Notes: generated from the sequence alone by a model not told the origin. DNA of 63,533 bases, filler included, from Octopus bimaculoides (GCF_001194135.2; 5 parts of 5 records of this genome joined end to end with filler, not necessarily neighbours in it), one strand, 5' to 3'. Shown: positions 25,640 through 37,617, numbered from the whole stretch's first letter. Made by a program: numbers and translations.

Positions 25640-26060
25640 AAGCTTGTTGGTACATTTTTAACCCCTACACACCATCCACCTCAGTCCTGCATTAGTTGAG
25701 GGAGGTTTTTAGAGAGACATCCAGTGTCTCTGATGAGTTGATCTAGATACGTTGTATTTGGATGGCCAGCTCAAGTATGACCATGCTTTGGCATCCATAG
25801 CAGTAGGTCACTTGCCAGCTCTTGTTTAGCTCATCAGCAATGTCCCAGAAAGCGATGTCCCTTTCTCTTTTTATTGTTGGAAACAGGCAAGAGATCCCCA
25901 TACAGTTGTTTCTTGATGAGATGAATTCTCCAAGATATGTTTAAAACTGCTCTTAATATTTGGGTGTAAATTTCATCCAGATAAGATTCAAATTTTTTGA
26001 TAAGCATCCAAGCTGTTGCTCTATACAAAAAGTCTGGCTCTACTGTTGCATGGAAAAAAT
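25640..26060 (-). mobile_element. RTE-like LINE 3' fragment
   Basis: YTQILRAVLNISWR...KQLYGDL...RFLGHC, the RTE C-terminal pattern. Confidence 0.75.
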
Positions 26061-26668
26061 TGCTTTTAAGTTAACATAATACCTGATTTCTTGATAAATT
26101 CTAACACTGTCTTTGAGTGCTTGCTATAATTTCAAATTTATTAAACAAATGTAGGGTACCAAGGAAAAATTAGACATAAAATATCAGAAAAATTACACAA
26201 ATTGAGAATCAAATGTATAAATATCATTAAGCAACTAGCAGATGACAGCCTGGGTAGTCTTTCTGCTAGTTATAAAAATAATCCAAGTAAGTATATATCT
26301 ATTAATATAGATGAAAAATATTTTCAGTCTTTTATGCATAGTAAATGGAATACAACTTTCATGATAGAAAATCTAGGAAAGCAGGGAATGATATATTCAG
26401 AAATATGGTGGAAGGACAAGAAAGGGGATTTGTTTGCAGCACCATTTCATATGAGGGAGTAGTATTCTTTTGTTGGTTTCACTTTAACTTTGTATAGGAT
26501 TGATAATTGTTGGGAGCTGAGAATTTCGTGGTTCCGAAAAAGAAATTCAGTTTTTGTGATGCAGCCTTTGCTGTGTTGTGGATATGAGGTTATCAGAAAA
26601 AAATACTCAGTGATGGTGAAGCCTAGACTTTGTTATGTCTCTGAAGGTCTGAAGGGTTTTGTTGCATA

Positions 26669-27326
26669 GGATCTTGTTCAAAACGGGGGCACCAGTTTTC
26701 ATTTATGTTTTATGTAGTGTTTTTGGTACCGAAAGACTTTCAAACTTCATATACTTATCTATTTTGTGTTATAGAACAGAAAAAAATTTTTGTATTCGGA
26801 TTTATTTCATGTAAAAAATTGTCTTATTTCGATAATTTCAACCAATCACTGACAAGTATTCAGCTGTTTACACTTACTCCTTTGGCACTTGAAGCGGTGT
26901 AAAGCGTATTTAATCTCCATTACTTCTGACATTTTGCAGAGGCAACACACGTGTATTCGTTTTCCCTAACCCTAACCCACTTGCTCCTTCCCTCAAAAAC
27001 CAGGCCTTGTGCCTATAATAGAAAGGTTTATTAGCTACTGCCAATATGCTTCAGCCATTTTTTGACAAGGAAATAATAATTTTATCACCGCCGAGAATCG
27101 TTTGTTTACGTAGTCAGCACTTAATGTATTCGGCTGAATGGACGTCAGTCATTGGTTGAAATTACAGAAATACGACAACTTTAACATGAAATAACTTGCA
27201 ATGTACGTTTTTTTTGTTAAGAAGACTAAGAGAAAAAGATGTTTTATATGACACATTCTACCAGTGTCCCAAGTTTCAAAGTGTTTCGTTAAGAAAATAC
27301 TGGTGCCCCCGTTTTGAACAAGATCC
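26669..27326. mobile_element. Palindromic MITE, Merlin-like (copy 1)
   Basis: Perfect 28-bp TIR GGATCTTGTTCAAAACGGGGGCACCAGT and 8-bp TSD GTTGCATA (26661-26668 and 27327-27334). It has internal CCCTAA units and a SINE fragment in the centre. Confidence 0.85.
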
Positions 27327-27815
27327 GTTGCATATTGTTCATGTTCAGGTGTGGTGGTATATAATATCATATTTTTGATAAGTGCAGTGATTGTGTCCAT
27401 GCTGTGAAACACAAGACTGATATGACTAATGAATACTGTTCCAGGGTCATTGGAGGTTTCATAAAAGTCATACCTCACATGGACAACATGTTGCTGAAGT
27501 ATTGCTGAAGGTGATATCAAGTCAGTCACTGATAGAAGAAGAGTTGGGACAAAAGTGAACCTAAGACACATCAGAGTTAAAAGAGTATGGATTAGAAAGA
27601 ACACCAACAACACATGCCATAAAAGTGTGATCTGATGAGAATTTCTTTAGGAATCATCAGCTAGTTCATAGAAACTATTTGTTCTATGATAATGCAATAA
27701 AGTACTAAGGGCAGACAACCACATTAGATTAAAAATACATGAAAATAGAATCAAGGAAATACATCTAACAATAAATGAACTGGTTACACTGGCATAATTG
27801 ATTAATGTTTTAAAG

Positions 27816-30147
27816 CAGTGATTCCCAACGTGGTCCCTGGGGCCCACCGGTGGTCCCCAGGGAATTCGTAGCCATAACAAAATTGAAGCCATTTCAGATC
27901 TACACAAAATTCTTTGATAATAAAGACACTGTTAGTTAATAATAATTTATATGAAGACAGAATAATAATAATAAAACAAAATTCAATAATTATTCCATAA
28001 GAATCAATGATGTATAATATATAATCGATAATATATTACAATCAAGAATTACATAATTTAAATTTTACAATCACAACAGTTTCATAATGAATTTGATATT
28101 TTTAATAGATCACTACACAATATTGTTTAATAATAAATTTGATACTTTTAATGTATAGAAATAAAGTATTTATTACTTTTATTTTTTTTAAGATCAGTTG
28201 TAATAATGTCTGAACCAAGGCAAAACTGAGGAACTACAAAGAAGATTTTATCATGTTTGGTTTTGTATCTGTAGACTCAAAACTAATGTGTCTTGAAAGG
28301 TAGGGAATATTTTGAGAATAAAAAGAAAACACAGCCAATCAAACTACCCGACTTTGTAAAGAACATAAATACTGAAAAACCAAAGACACTCAAACCAAGT
28401 TATTTGGTCTCTGAAATTATTGCCAAGGTTGCAGCACCTCAGATTTATGGTAAGAAACTTGTCAAGTCTGCTATGATAGCTTGTGCAAATGAGGTTCTGG
28501 GAAAAGATGCTGCATCTACTCTGAGTACAATTCCACTTTCAAATAACACAATTACAAAAAGACAGAATGAAATGTCTAATTTTGTTGAGAAGAAGATTAT
28601 AGAAATTTTCCAAAAGACAAATTTTTCTAACCAGGTTGACAATAGCACAATTCATAGCCAAGCTATCCTTCTGGTCAATGTCAGATTCATCCATGAAGAT
28701 GATATAAGGGAATAAATGTTATTCATTAAAAGTTTGTCTGAAACTACTAATGGAGAAGATATATTCAATGAAGTAATGCAGTATTTTAATAATAAAAATA
28801 TTCCATTCACTAATTTGATCAACATTGCTTCAGATGGAGCTGCAGCCATGACTGGAAAAGTGAAAGGCTTTGTTTCTAGAATGAAATCAGTTGCTCTTCA
28901 CATTTTTTATACACATTGCATTATCCATAGACAGCATTTGGTTGCTAAGAATATTGAAGGACACATGGGAAGAAGTACTCAACACTGCCATACATGCAAT
29001 TAACTTTGTCAAATCAAACTCAGTGAATAATAGTTTTTTTATGCAATTCTGTGAAGATGAAGATTTTAAAACCCTATTGCTTCACACAGAAGTAAGATGG
29101 TTGTCAAAAGGCCTGAGCCTTGAAAGACTAGTGAATTTGTGGGAATCACTAATAAACTTTCTCATGTTCAAGAGTCAGCTGACTCACTACAACTCCAAGA
29201 AGCAAGCTGATACACCTAAGAAAATTTTGGAAAGACCTTCTGAGTTTAAATCAAAAATATTCAACTTGAGTGATATTTTTAAAACAGTGATCTGCTTAAC
29301 TTAGAGCTGCAAGGTAGAAAATCAGATTTGGTCATCTGTTCTCAGAAGATAAAGAGTATATGGGGAAATTAAAATTTTAGAAAAAACAGTTTGAAAAAAA
29401 AAATTTGGCATCATTTCAAAATTTTAACACCACTGTTCCTACATCAAAATGCATTGCTGCATGCATTACCTAGCTTGAATGTCTTCATGTAGACTTTGAG
29501 AGAAGATACAATGATTTATTAAAGATGGATTATCCACTCTGGTTTGTAGACCTAGAAAATTATGAGCCAGGAGATGAAAATTTTGAGTTGGCTGAAATGT
29601 TGGATTAGAAAGAGAATATGAAACTGAGGAGAAGAGTTAAAAAAGGTGTCTTTGCCTACATATCGATAAATCACACCCAAATATTTTTCAACATGGAGAA
29701 GCAAGCATCATTTCTTTCCCTACCACACGGATGGTGGAATCTGCATTTTCAGCTGTTGTAGATATTTTAAGTAGAAAAAGAAATAAATTAGATGTCAACA
29801 GTAGAGGAACTATCAGACTCAGACTAAATGAGTTCATTAAAATTGATTATGATATCTTGTGTCAGAAACACCATATCAAGCTAGTCACTAGCTGAATGGA
29901 CTAAAAATGAACGACTATATGAAAAATGATTTTGATATCTTGTGTTTATCATTGTTTATTAAAAAAAAATTTTAATTTTATCTTTTGTTTGATAAAATAA
30001 ATTTTAAAGTGTAAATAGACTATTTTGCCTTTTCATTAAGTATCTTAGTGTGAAAATAGAACAGCATAAAGTAAAAGTAGAAGTGGTCCCTAGAAATCTT
30101 TTCAAGTAAAAAATGGTCTCTGGGCTGAAAAAGGTTGGGAACCACTG
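27816..30147 (+). mobile_element. Full-length, dead hAT transposon (Buster/Charlie group), 2332 bp
   Basis: TIRs CAGTGATTCCCAAC / GTTGGGAACCACTG and TSD TTTTAAAG / ATTTAAAG (7 of 8 identical). Confidence 0.92.
28207..29891 (+). pseudogene. hAT transposase (ZBED5/FAM200-like), frameshifted
   Basis: Fragments IPLSNNTITKR, IASDGAAAMTGKVKGFV, THCIIHRQHLVAK, LLLHTEVRWLSKG and VESAFSAV. Confidence 0.88.
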
Positions 30148-30639
30148 ATTTAAAGTGTTCTAGAGATATTTTTTATATAAACTATATTGTAATGCTGGTT
30201 TTGAGAGAGCATGGTTACAATTTACTTAAGGACAGGAACTAAGCAAACTGTATACATCCATTCAATCAATAATTAAGTGTAGAAAAATTGGAAATAGTTT
30301 CAAGAATGTCCTCCTGTAGAAGAACAGTTTTGATAGAAGATACAGCAAAAATAATTAGCAAGGAGTAGGGGTGTTGAACAATGACTGTAAGTATAACATT
30401 GATAAAAGAAATTCTTCAAAAGGAGTCCTGTTGGGTTGACCCAATGGAAGATTTAGTTATTTTGCATTCATTCATTGCATCGTTTCCTGAATACATTAGA
30501 TTTTCTGATTACTATATATTCATAATTAATCCATTTTTAATGAAGGAATATTTGTATATCAATCTGATTAACTTGAATATAAATTGCATATTCTTGGCAT
30601 CTAAATAAATAGTCCTTTATAAGAAAAAGATTTTTTCAA

Positions 30640-31025
30640 GTATTGAGATGCAGTTTGGGTTTGTGCCAGGTAAAAGCACTACTGATGCCTTATTTCTAGT
30701 GAGACAGCTGCAGGAGAAATACCTAGCTAAGGATAAACCTCTGTACCTGGCTTTCGTTGACATGGAGAAAGCCTTTGACAGGGTCTCCCGATCCCTTATC
30801 TGGTGGTCAATGAGGAAACTTGGGATAGAAGAATGGTTAGTGAGAGCTGTGCGAGCCATGTACAGAGATGCTGCCAGTAAGGTGAGGGTTGGAAATGAGT
30901 ACAGCAATGAATTCCGGGTAGAGGTAGGGGTCCACCAAGGTTCCGTCCTCAGGCCCCTCTTATTTATCATAGTCCTCCAGGCAATCACAGAGGAGTTCAA
31001 GACAGGTTGCCCCTGGGAGCTCCTC
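30640..31025 (+). mobile_element. RTE LINE RT fragment, young
   Basis: Open frame QFGFVPGKSTTDALFLVRQLQEKYL...DMEKAFDRV...GVHQGSVL...CPWELL, truncated by a gap. Confidence 0.93.
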
Positions 31026-31125
31026 NNNNNNNNNNNNNNNNNNNNNNNNNNNNNNNNNNNNNNNNNNNNTTAATTAATTAANNNNNNNNNNNNNNNNNNN
31101 NNNNNNNNNNNNNNNNNNNNNNNNN
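31026..31125. other. Artificial 100-bp gap spacer: N44-TTAATTAATTAA-N44
   Basis: Identical construct at 36606-36705, 56137-56236 and 61059-61158. The 12-mer has stops in all six frames. Confidence 0.95.
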
Positions 31126-31167
<42 letters not shown>

Positions 31168-33182
31168 ATGTATGTATGTGTGTGTAGATATATACATACA
31201 TATATATATATATATATGTATGCCTGTATGTATATATAATTTTAGTCGGACGTAGGCAGGATAAGTAAACAAATTATTGACTTAGACATAACCATGGGAT
31301 CAAGTGATCTATTTGACATTTAGATATCATATTGCATCAATTAAACAGTTCCTGGAAATGGGGTGTAGTCTTTGTAGAGCCAATGGTGTGTTCACTTTCT
31401 TTAAATGTAGTAATGTAATACTAGAGAGAAATAGGAAAAAAAAAAAATTAGAAATTAAAAAAAAAAACTTAGGACTTTCCATCAATATTTTGGCTATCAG
31501 CTCATGAGATTTTCTCAGAATGACTGTTATAATACTGCTTTAGCTAGGGCAGGATACACGGAGAAGATCCACAATGTTCCTGAGGTAAATATTGAGAAAA
31601 AACATAAAGAAAATCCGTAAGAAATATACTTGCTAGAGCACAGACATAATAAACGTCAAGGTAATATGATTTATTATAATAATAGACATAGGAATATAGT
31701 ACCTATAGTGGTAGAAAAAATAATTCATTTTTTTTAGTTAGAAGGTCATGCAAAATGACTGAATGTAGCAATAAGAATTTTAACCTTAGGAAAAATTGTA
31801 ATACTCCATACTGTGAAGGAACTAATATAAATATAAACACAAGCAACTATATCAGCATAAATTATGTAAACAAAATTAAGAGAACTATAATAAAAAAATA
31901 TATAATAAAAAAAATCATGTGTAGAATTCATGTAGTTGCTGACATCCTGAGAATTTGCTTTAACACATTAGACAGACATTTTCCCCATTCTAGAAGACAT
32001 AGAAAGATATTCAATAGACACACCATGCTGTTTGCATATTCTATTACACCTGATTTAGACGCTACTTAAACAGTTATCAACTTTAGAAATCTAAATAATA
32101 TCAAAAAGATTGAATGTACTGTATTTAGAATGTATAAACCAGTATGGGTTTACCACAAATAGAATATATCTGGTGCAAGAAACTGTGATGATAAAGATAT
32201 GGTATCCCCTCTACCGTTAATGCTAATAGAATAAAATAAGGCCACTTATGTCTACATACCTAATAGAATGTATTGTAGGAATTGTGATAAATGTCCCTTT
32301 GTCAATGTTTGAGGAATAATCTAATATATAAGTGCTTGGTCAAAACGTCTACTGCTTCCATTTAAGACCAGTATACATAAAACATTAATTCTTTTACATA
32401 CAAAAGAAAAAATTGCACTTTGTTGATCAAGTTCATGCGAGACCTCAAAGAGAGGAATATATATTGCTCTGTTTCACAGTGTGTTATTGGTAGTGCTCTT
32501 CCTTAGGGAGGAGCAGTTGGAGCTGTCACAATGGTGGAGAGAGTATATAATGATTAACCAAAATTCAGTGGACAGGTGAAATATTTATTATTTTTCACCT
32601 CTCTGAATTTTGGTTAATATATATATATATATAAGTTAAAAAACATAATAAATGTATAAACAAATGGGAAACACAAAAGTCACCAAATCCTCATCAGTTA
32701 TCAGTCAGAAGGTCAAACACTATTTCGCACCTTCAGCCAATGATATTTGATATTACTTCCCTCTGTTGGTGTTGGAAACAAGAAGCCATCAGAAAATAGT
32801 GAGCCAAACAAACAAGAAATAAATGACTTGGCAATATGAGATGGGTGTAATTCAAGATGAGAGGGACAAAGACAAAACAGGCCAAAAATTGTGAAAATCT
32901 GAACAAATTGAAATAAGCAAGCAGAATACGGCCTTAGGGCCAGATAGAAGACAAAAATATGGTTAATGCTGGGAAAATATCCTAAAGGGTTAACAGAGGG
33001 ACAGTGAAACATGATGAGAGTGGGAGAAGAGAGAAAATATGACTAGTTGCTTTTGCGGTTGGCATGAAAATGAAGAAAGATGATGACCACACGCCACATG
33101 TCAATAGTTGGAGGGAGAAAAGTTGTAGAAGGCATAGAGAGATACAGAGAGCAGAGAAGAAAGGTAAAAAGCAGGAACAAGG

Positions 33183-33186
<4 letters not shown>

Positions 33187-33239
<53 letters not shown>
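33187..33239. repeat. (GA)n microsatellite
   Basis: Seen directly. Confidence 0.95.
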
Positions 33240-33243
<4 letters not shown>

Positions 33244-33399
33244 AGGGAGGAATAGATATCATACGAAAAGATGAAATCATTTACTTGTGAAAAAAATAAC
33301 AGTTCCAAAATATATGGAGGAAAAAAAGAAATGAAGTTGAAAATGCACAGAGAATATATTAGAATTTAATTATATCTTTAAAAAAATAGGAATGCACTT

Positions 33400-34480
33400 G
33401 ACTGGTGTTTCATTAGATTTTCAAAAGTATATAATATATGGAATTGTGTCACATATTATGTCTATTCTGGCTGTTATAAAAATAGAAAGACTAGATCTAT
33501 CGTATGAGATCACATATAAGCTATTGCTTCTAGTCTGTACTTGTGTAGGATGGTAGTATAAAGATTTACTACATCAAATGAAGAGATTATGGCATCCCTG
33601 TTAACTTTTTTCAGGAGATAGCTTAATAAGTCTAGGTCATCCCTAATGAATCTTGGTATAAATTTTAGATGTTTTAACGGTATGTCAAGGAAGTTGCTAA
33701 GTTTGTGAGTTTCGTTGGCTGGGCCTGCCACAATCAGTCTTAATTTGAGATCCTTCAGAAAGGGTATGTTTATGCTGACTGAGTGTGACTTTGCTGGTAT
33801 CATTAACTGTTTTTTTTTGTGGATTTTGGGAAGTCTGTAGAAGAAACTGGTTTTGGCTATAAAATTTGTTAGATAATCAATTTCTGTATAAGTTAAGTCT
33901 TTTCCATGCTGGTTTATGAGAATGTTTTGACATTGTTTTCGTTTACTGATAGTTGTTTATCATTTTATGGTGTGTGGTGTCTTAAAGTAGAAGTTAATGC
34001 AGAAGTTTTATATTGTTCCATATTCTTTTATAACTACGTTATTGTTGTTTAGGTCATATATAGATTTTCACTCTGTTTGGCTTGTGTTGGACTTCGGTTT
34101 AGGAAGTGGAAGTTCATTGTAAGGGAAGATGAATATAAACTCACAAAATTTGTCAAATGTTTTGTTTCTCCCTTTTGTTGGGTAGTAATCACTTTTGCTA
34201 TGCACAATGGATTGATCACTGTTTTTTTTATTATTAAGAAGTTCTTCTGTTAATCTTAATTTTCAGCAAAAATTCGAGTTGTTATCTCGTACTGCACTAA
34301 GTTTAGGATACTGTGGTGTTGTGTGTGTGTGTACAGCTGAATTTGCAAAGATAATCTGGAATTCGACTGAAGAAAGAAAACTCCGAATGACCCGTCCTTG
34401 TTTTTTTGTATCGTCTGTCTGGATGTTTTGTTGTCCCTTTTTTGTATCATCTAACTGCCTGGATGTTTTGCATTCTTGTC
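33400..34480 (-). mobile_element. Penelope-like element RT fragment
   Basis: LKLRLIVAGPANETHKLSNFLDI...IRDDLD...SFDVVNLYTTI (33510-33803). Confidence 0.85.
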
Positions 34481-34687
34481 CCATTTTTGGTATTCCTTTT
34501 TATATAAATATAGCGGCGTACGTACACTTTGGTCTCTTATATGTAAGTACATAAATTGGCTGACCGAAAACTCTCAGATTTTTCAATTCTATTTTACTAT
34601 TATCGACATTTGCTGTTTCGTTAAATTATGCTACCCAAATCTCAAAAGAATATTTTTCTCTCTCGTGTTCTGACCACCTTAACTCTG

Positions 34688-34881
34688 GCTCTCTCTCTCT
34701 GTCTGTCTCTCTCTGTCTCTCTCTGTCTCTCTCTGTCTCTCTCTGCCTCACTCTGTCTCTCTCTCTCTGTCTCTCTCTCTCTGTGTCTGTCTCTCTGTCT
34801 CTCTGTCTCTCTGTCTCTCTCTCTGCCTCACTCCGTCTCTCTGTCTCTCTGTCTCTCTCTCTGTCTCTCTCTCTCTGTCTC

Positions 34882-34914
<33 letters not shown>

Positions 34915-35003
34915 GTGCCTCACTCTGTCTCTCTCTCTCTGTGCCTCACTCTGTCTCTCTCTCTCGGCCTCACTCTGTCTGTCTGTCTGTCTGTCTCTCT
35001 CTT
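34688..35003. repeat. Compound (CT)n/(CTGT)n microsatellite with recurring GCCTCACT units
   Basis: Seen directly; it explains the Leu/Ser ORFs at 34628-35070. Confidence 0.95.
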
Positions 35004-35598
35004 TCGATTACCACTCGCTTCGCCAAGACTTCCTCCTCCACCTCACCCACCCCTACCCTATATAAACTAGCGCATGCACTCGGATTCCTCTACTCGATTT
35101 TTAATACCTCCGCTGAAAGAATACGTATCCAGAAGATGCTCTCGTCTAAATTTGCGAGTTCGCNNNNNNNNNNNNNNNNNNNNNNNNNNNNNNNNNNNNN
35201 NNNNNNNNNNNNNNNNNNNNNNNNNNNNNNNNNNNNNNNNNNNNNNNNNNNNNNNNNNNNNNNNNNNNNNNNNNNNNNNNNNNNNNNNNNNNNNNNNNNN
35301 NNNNNNNNNNNNNNNNNNNNNNNNNNNNNNNNNNNNNNNNNNNNNNNNNNNNNNNNNNNNNNNNNNNNNNNNNNNNNNNNNNNNNNNNNNNNNNNNNNNN
35401 NNNNNNNNNNNNNNNNNNNNNNNNNNNNNNNNNNNNNNNNNNNNNNNNNNNNNNNNNNNNNNNNNNNNNNNNNNNNNNNNNNNNNNNNNNNNNNNNNNNN
35501 NNNNNNNNNNNNNNNNNNNNNNNNNNNNNNNNNNNNNNNNNNNNNNNNNNNNNNNNNNNNNNNNNNNNNNNNNNNNNNNNNNNNNNNNNNNNNNNNNN

Positions 35599-36263
35599 AG
35601 ATTAGATTAGTGTTTCATCATGGGTTAGCAACCATTATCTCGGCCTATGCTCCTCAGCCGGGGCTACCTGATGGACAGAAAGACCGATTTTATGACACCC
35701 TCTTGCAGACTACCTCGTTGACGAATGACAGGGACCTTCTCTTTGTGGCTGGTGACTTCAATGGACATGTTGGACAACATACAGGGTGCTTCCATGGCAT
35801 ACATGGAGGCTACAGTTTTGGTTCCCGCAATGAAGAGGTAACTAGGCTGCTGGAGTTCTGCGATGCAAATGATCTTATGGTTTGCAATACTAACTTCAGG
35901 AAACCTGCCAGTCATCTAGTCACCTACCGTTCTAGCAGACACACTAGCCAAATTGACTACATCCTCACCAGAAAAAGGGAAAGATGGCTGCTTATAAATG
36001 CCAAAACCTTCCCAGGCAAAGAATGTACCCCATAACATAGACTGGTAGTTAGCGACTTCAGGATCAGGGCTAAATGGATGCCCAGAAGATGTCGAGCATG
36101 GAGGAGAAGGGTCTGGAAGCTTAAAGATTCTGCGAATGGACAGAGATTTAGAGACGTATTACTCGAAGCCTTTGACGAAATAGAAGGGGATATAGCTTCA
36201 CACGATGTGGGACCCACTGACCAGATCTGTGGATGGTGCAAAGTCCCCTCTCGACCCAAAATA
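35599..36263 (+). mobile_element. RTE LINE endonuclease region
   Basis: ISAYAPQPG...VAGDFNGHVG...SQIDYILTR. Confidence 0.92.
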
Positions 36264-36289
36264 NNNNNNNNNNGGTTGAATTGAAGGCT

Positions 36290-36605
36290 GTTGTTTGTTT
36301 ATGAATTCTGCCAAATGCGAGCTGCCTTTTCAGGTACATGATGCTGCTGTACCCCGTCCCAGGGTCTCACGGGCCCACACCTCCCACACCCTCGGGGTTG
36401 CCACTCTCAACGTCGGCACACTGAAAGGTAGGTCTGGTGAGATTGTGGAGATGCTTGAACGGAGATGTGTCGATTTGTGCTGCCTCCAAGAAGTAAGGTG
36501 GAGAGGAGGTTCCGCTAGGTTCCTCACAGGCAAAGAACACAGGTACAAAATTTTCTGGACAGGGAGCACTGACGGGGTCAGGGGCGAGGGCGGGGGCGTG
36601 GGTAT
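36290..36605 (+). mobile_element. RTE LINE ORF start (endonuclease N-terminus)
   Basis: VATLNVGTLKGRSGEIVEMLERRCVDLCCLQEVRWRG. Confidence 0.9.
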
Positions 36606-36899
36606 NNNNNNNNNNNNNNNNNNNNNNNNNNNNNNNNNNNNNNNNNNNNTTAATTAATTAANNNNNNNNNNNNNNNNNNNNNNNNNNNNNNNNNNNNNNN
36701 NNNNNACTTGATTGATTCTCAAAAATAGAACGACTTGGAAAAACGTTGCATTCCTGATTAAATAAATAAAATACCATTATTTTTTGTTATTGTTTGTACA
36801 TATATACAGATACAGGCACCACCAACATATTTGTGGATATCAGTCAAACTGTTACTTTCTCTCTTTCTCTGTGTATGTATATAAACAAAATACAATATA

Positions 36900-37021
36900 T
36901 GATAAACTTCTTCGTTACAGGGACACCGCTCTAAATCCACGAAAACCAGTTTTTAACCGGTTTTGAGAATTACTTGTACTTAAACTCGGTTTTGGGAATT
37001 ATCGGTTTTGTGCGAGCCCTA
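36900..37021 (-). mobile_element. Probable hAT-type terminus (TAGGGCT...) with AACCG subterminal repeats
   Basis: Minus strand TAGGGCTCGCACAAAACCGATAATTCCCAAAACCGAG...AAAACCGGTT. Confidence 0.5.
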
Positions 37022-37155
37022 CTCCGAACTGATTGAGTATCAGGCCCTTAGTCTTTCCTCGTTGCATTGACTGAATCAAGTTTCGCGAATGAAATTGGAC
37101 AGACCATTGGTTCTCAGCCTTCTTCAGTTCAGCACCCACCAGTTTCCTATGCTTT

Positions 37156-37193
<38 letters not shown>

Positions 37194-37617
37194 CAGACAA
37201 GCTAATTTTACATAGTCGTATATTGTACTGTCCTATCCAGCAGATACCCCTTTTTAGATATCTGCAGGGACTAGTACCCCTGTGCTAAAGTTTTATAGAA
37301 ATTGCTAAAAAGAAAGAAAATAGCGTGGACTAACCATGATGAAATTAAAATATATTGGACCTTGGTGCATCATTAGCCATGTTTCTGCCCCTGATAACGC
37401 AATTGCCTAGTCATATTCTAATCTTGACAGAGTACGTATTTTTGAAAAAGTATTTAGAATACAAGTAATAAATATTAGTTTAAATATTAAAATTTTCCAA
37501 GAAAATTCATGACTCCTCTCAACATCCAGCATCGCCTTGGTATTTGCTGCTTCTTTGTGAGCTCCCAACGTCCCAAGAGGGCGCTATTGTTCACGCTAAG
37601 AACCACTGTCTTAAACG

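Noticed and set aside
27474-27535. Exon-like segment (TDLISPSAILQQHVVHV) as an upstream EXOSC6 exon; similar pieces near 23361-23424 and 60650-60746
   Set aside because: No resemblance to MTR3, the wrong end phase for joining 20640, and no partner exons.
28293-29304. ZBED5/FAM200-like host gene
   Set aside because: Frameshifted and enclosed by hAT TIRs and a TSD.
31070-31081. TTAATTAATTAA palindrome recurring four times (31070, 36650, 56181, 61103)
   Set aside because: Each is centred in exactly 44 N + 44 N and is a six-frame stop linker, so it is an assembly artefact.
34628-35070. Leu/Ser-rich ORFs (also Arg/Glu at 33064-33274 and Tyr/Ile/His ORFs at 50713-51069, 56635-57088, 57686-57969)
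   Set aside because: Translations of microsatellites.
35599-36605. RTE endonuclease pieces in permuted order (N-terminus downstream)
   Set aside because: Pieces are separated and flanked by gaps; contig mis-ordering or two partial copies is more likely than a rearranged gene.
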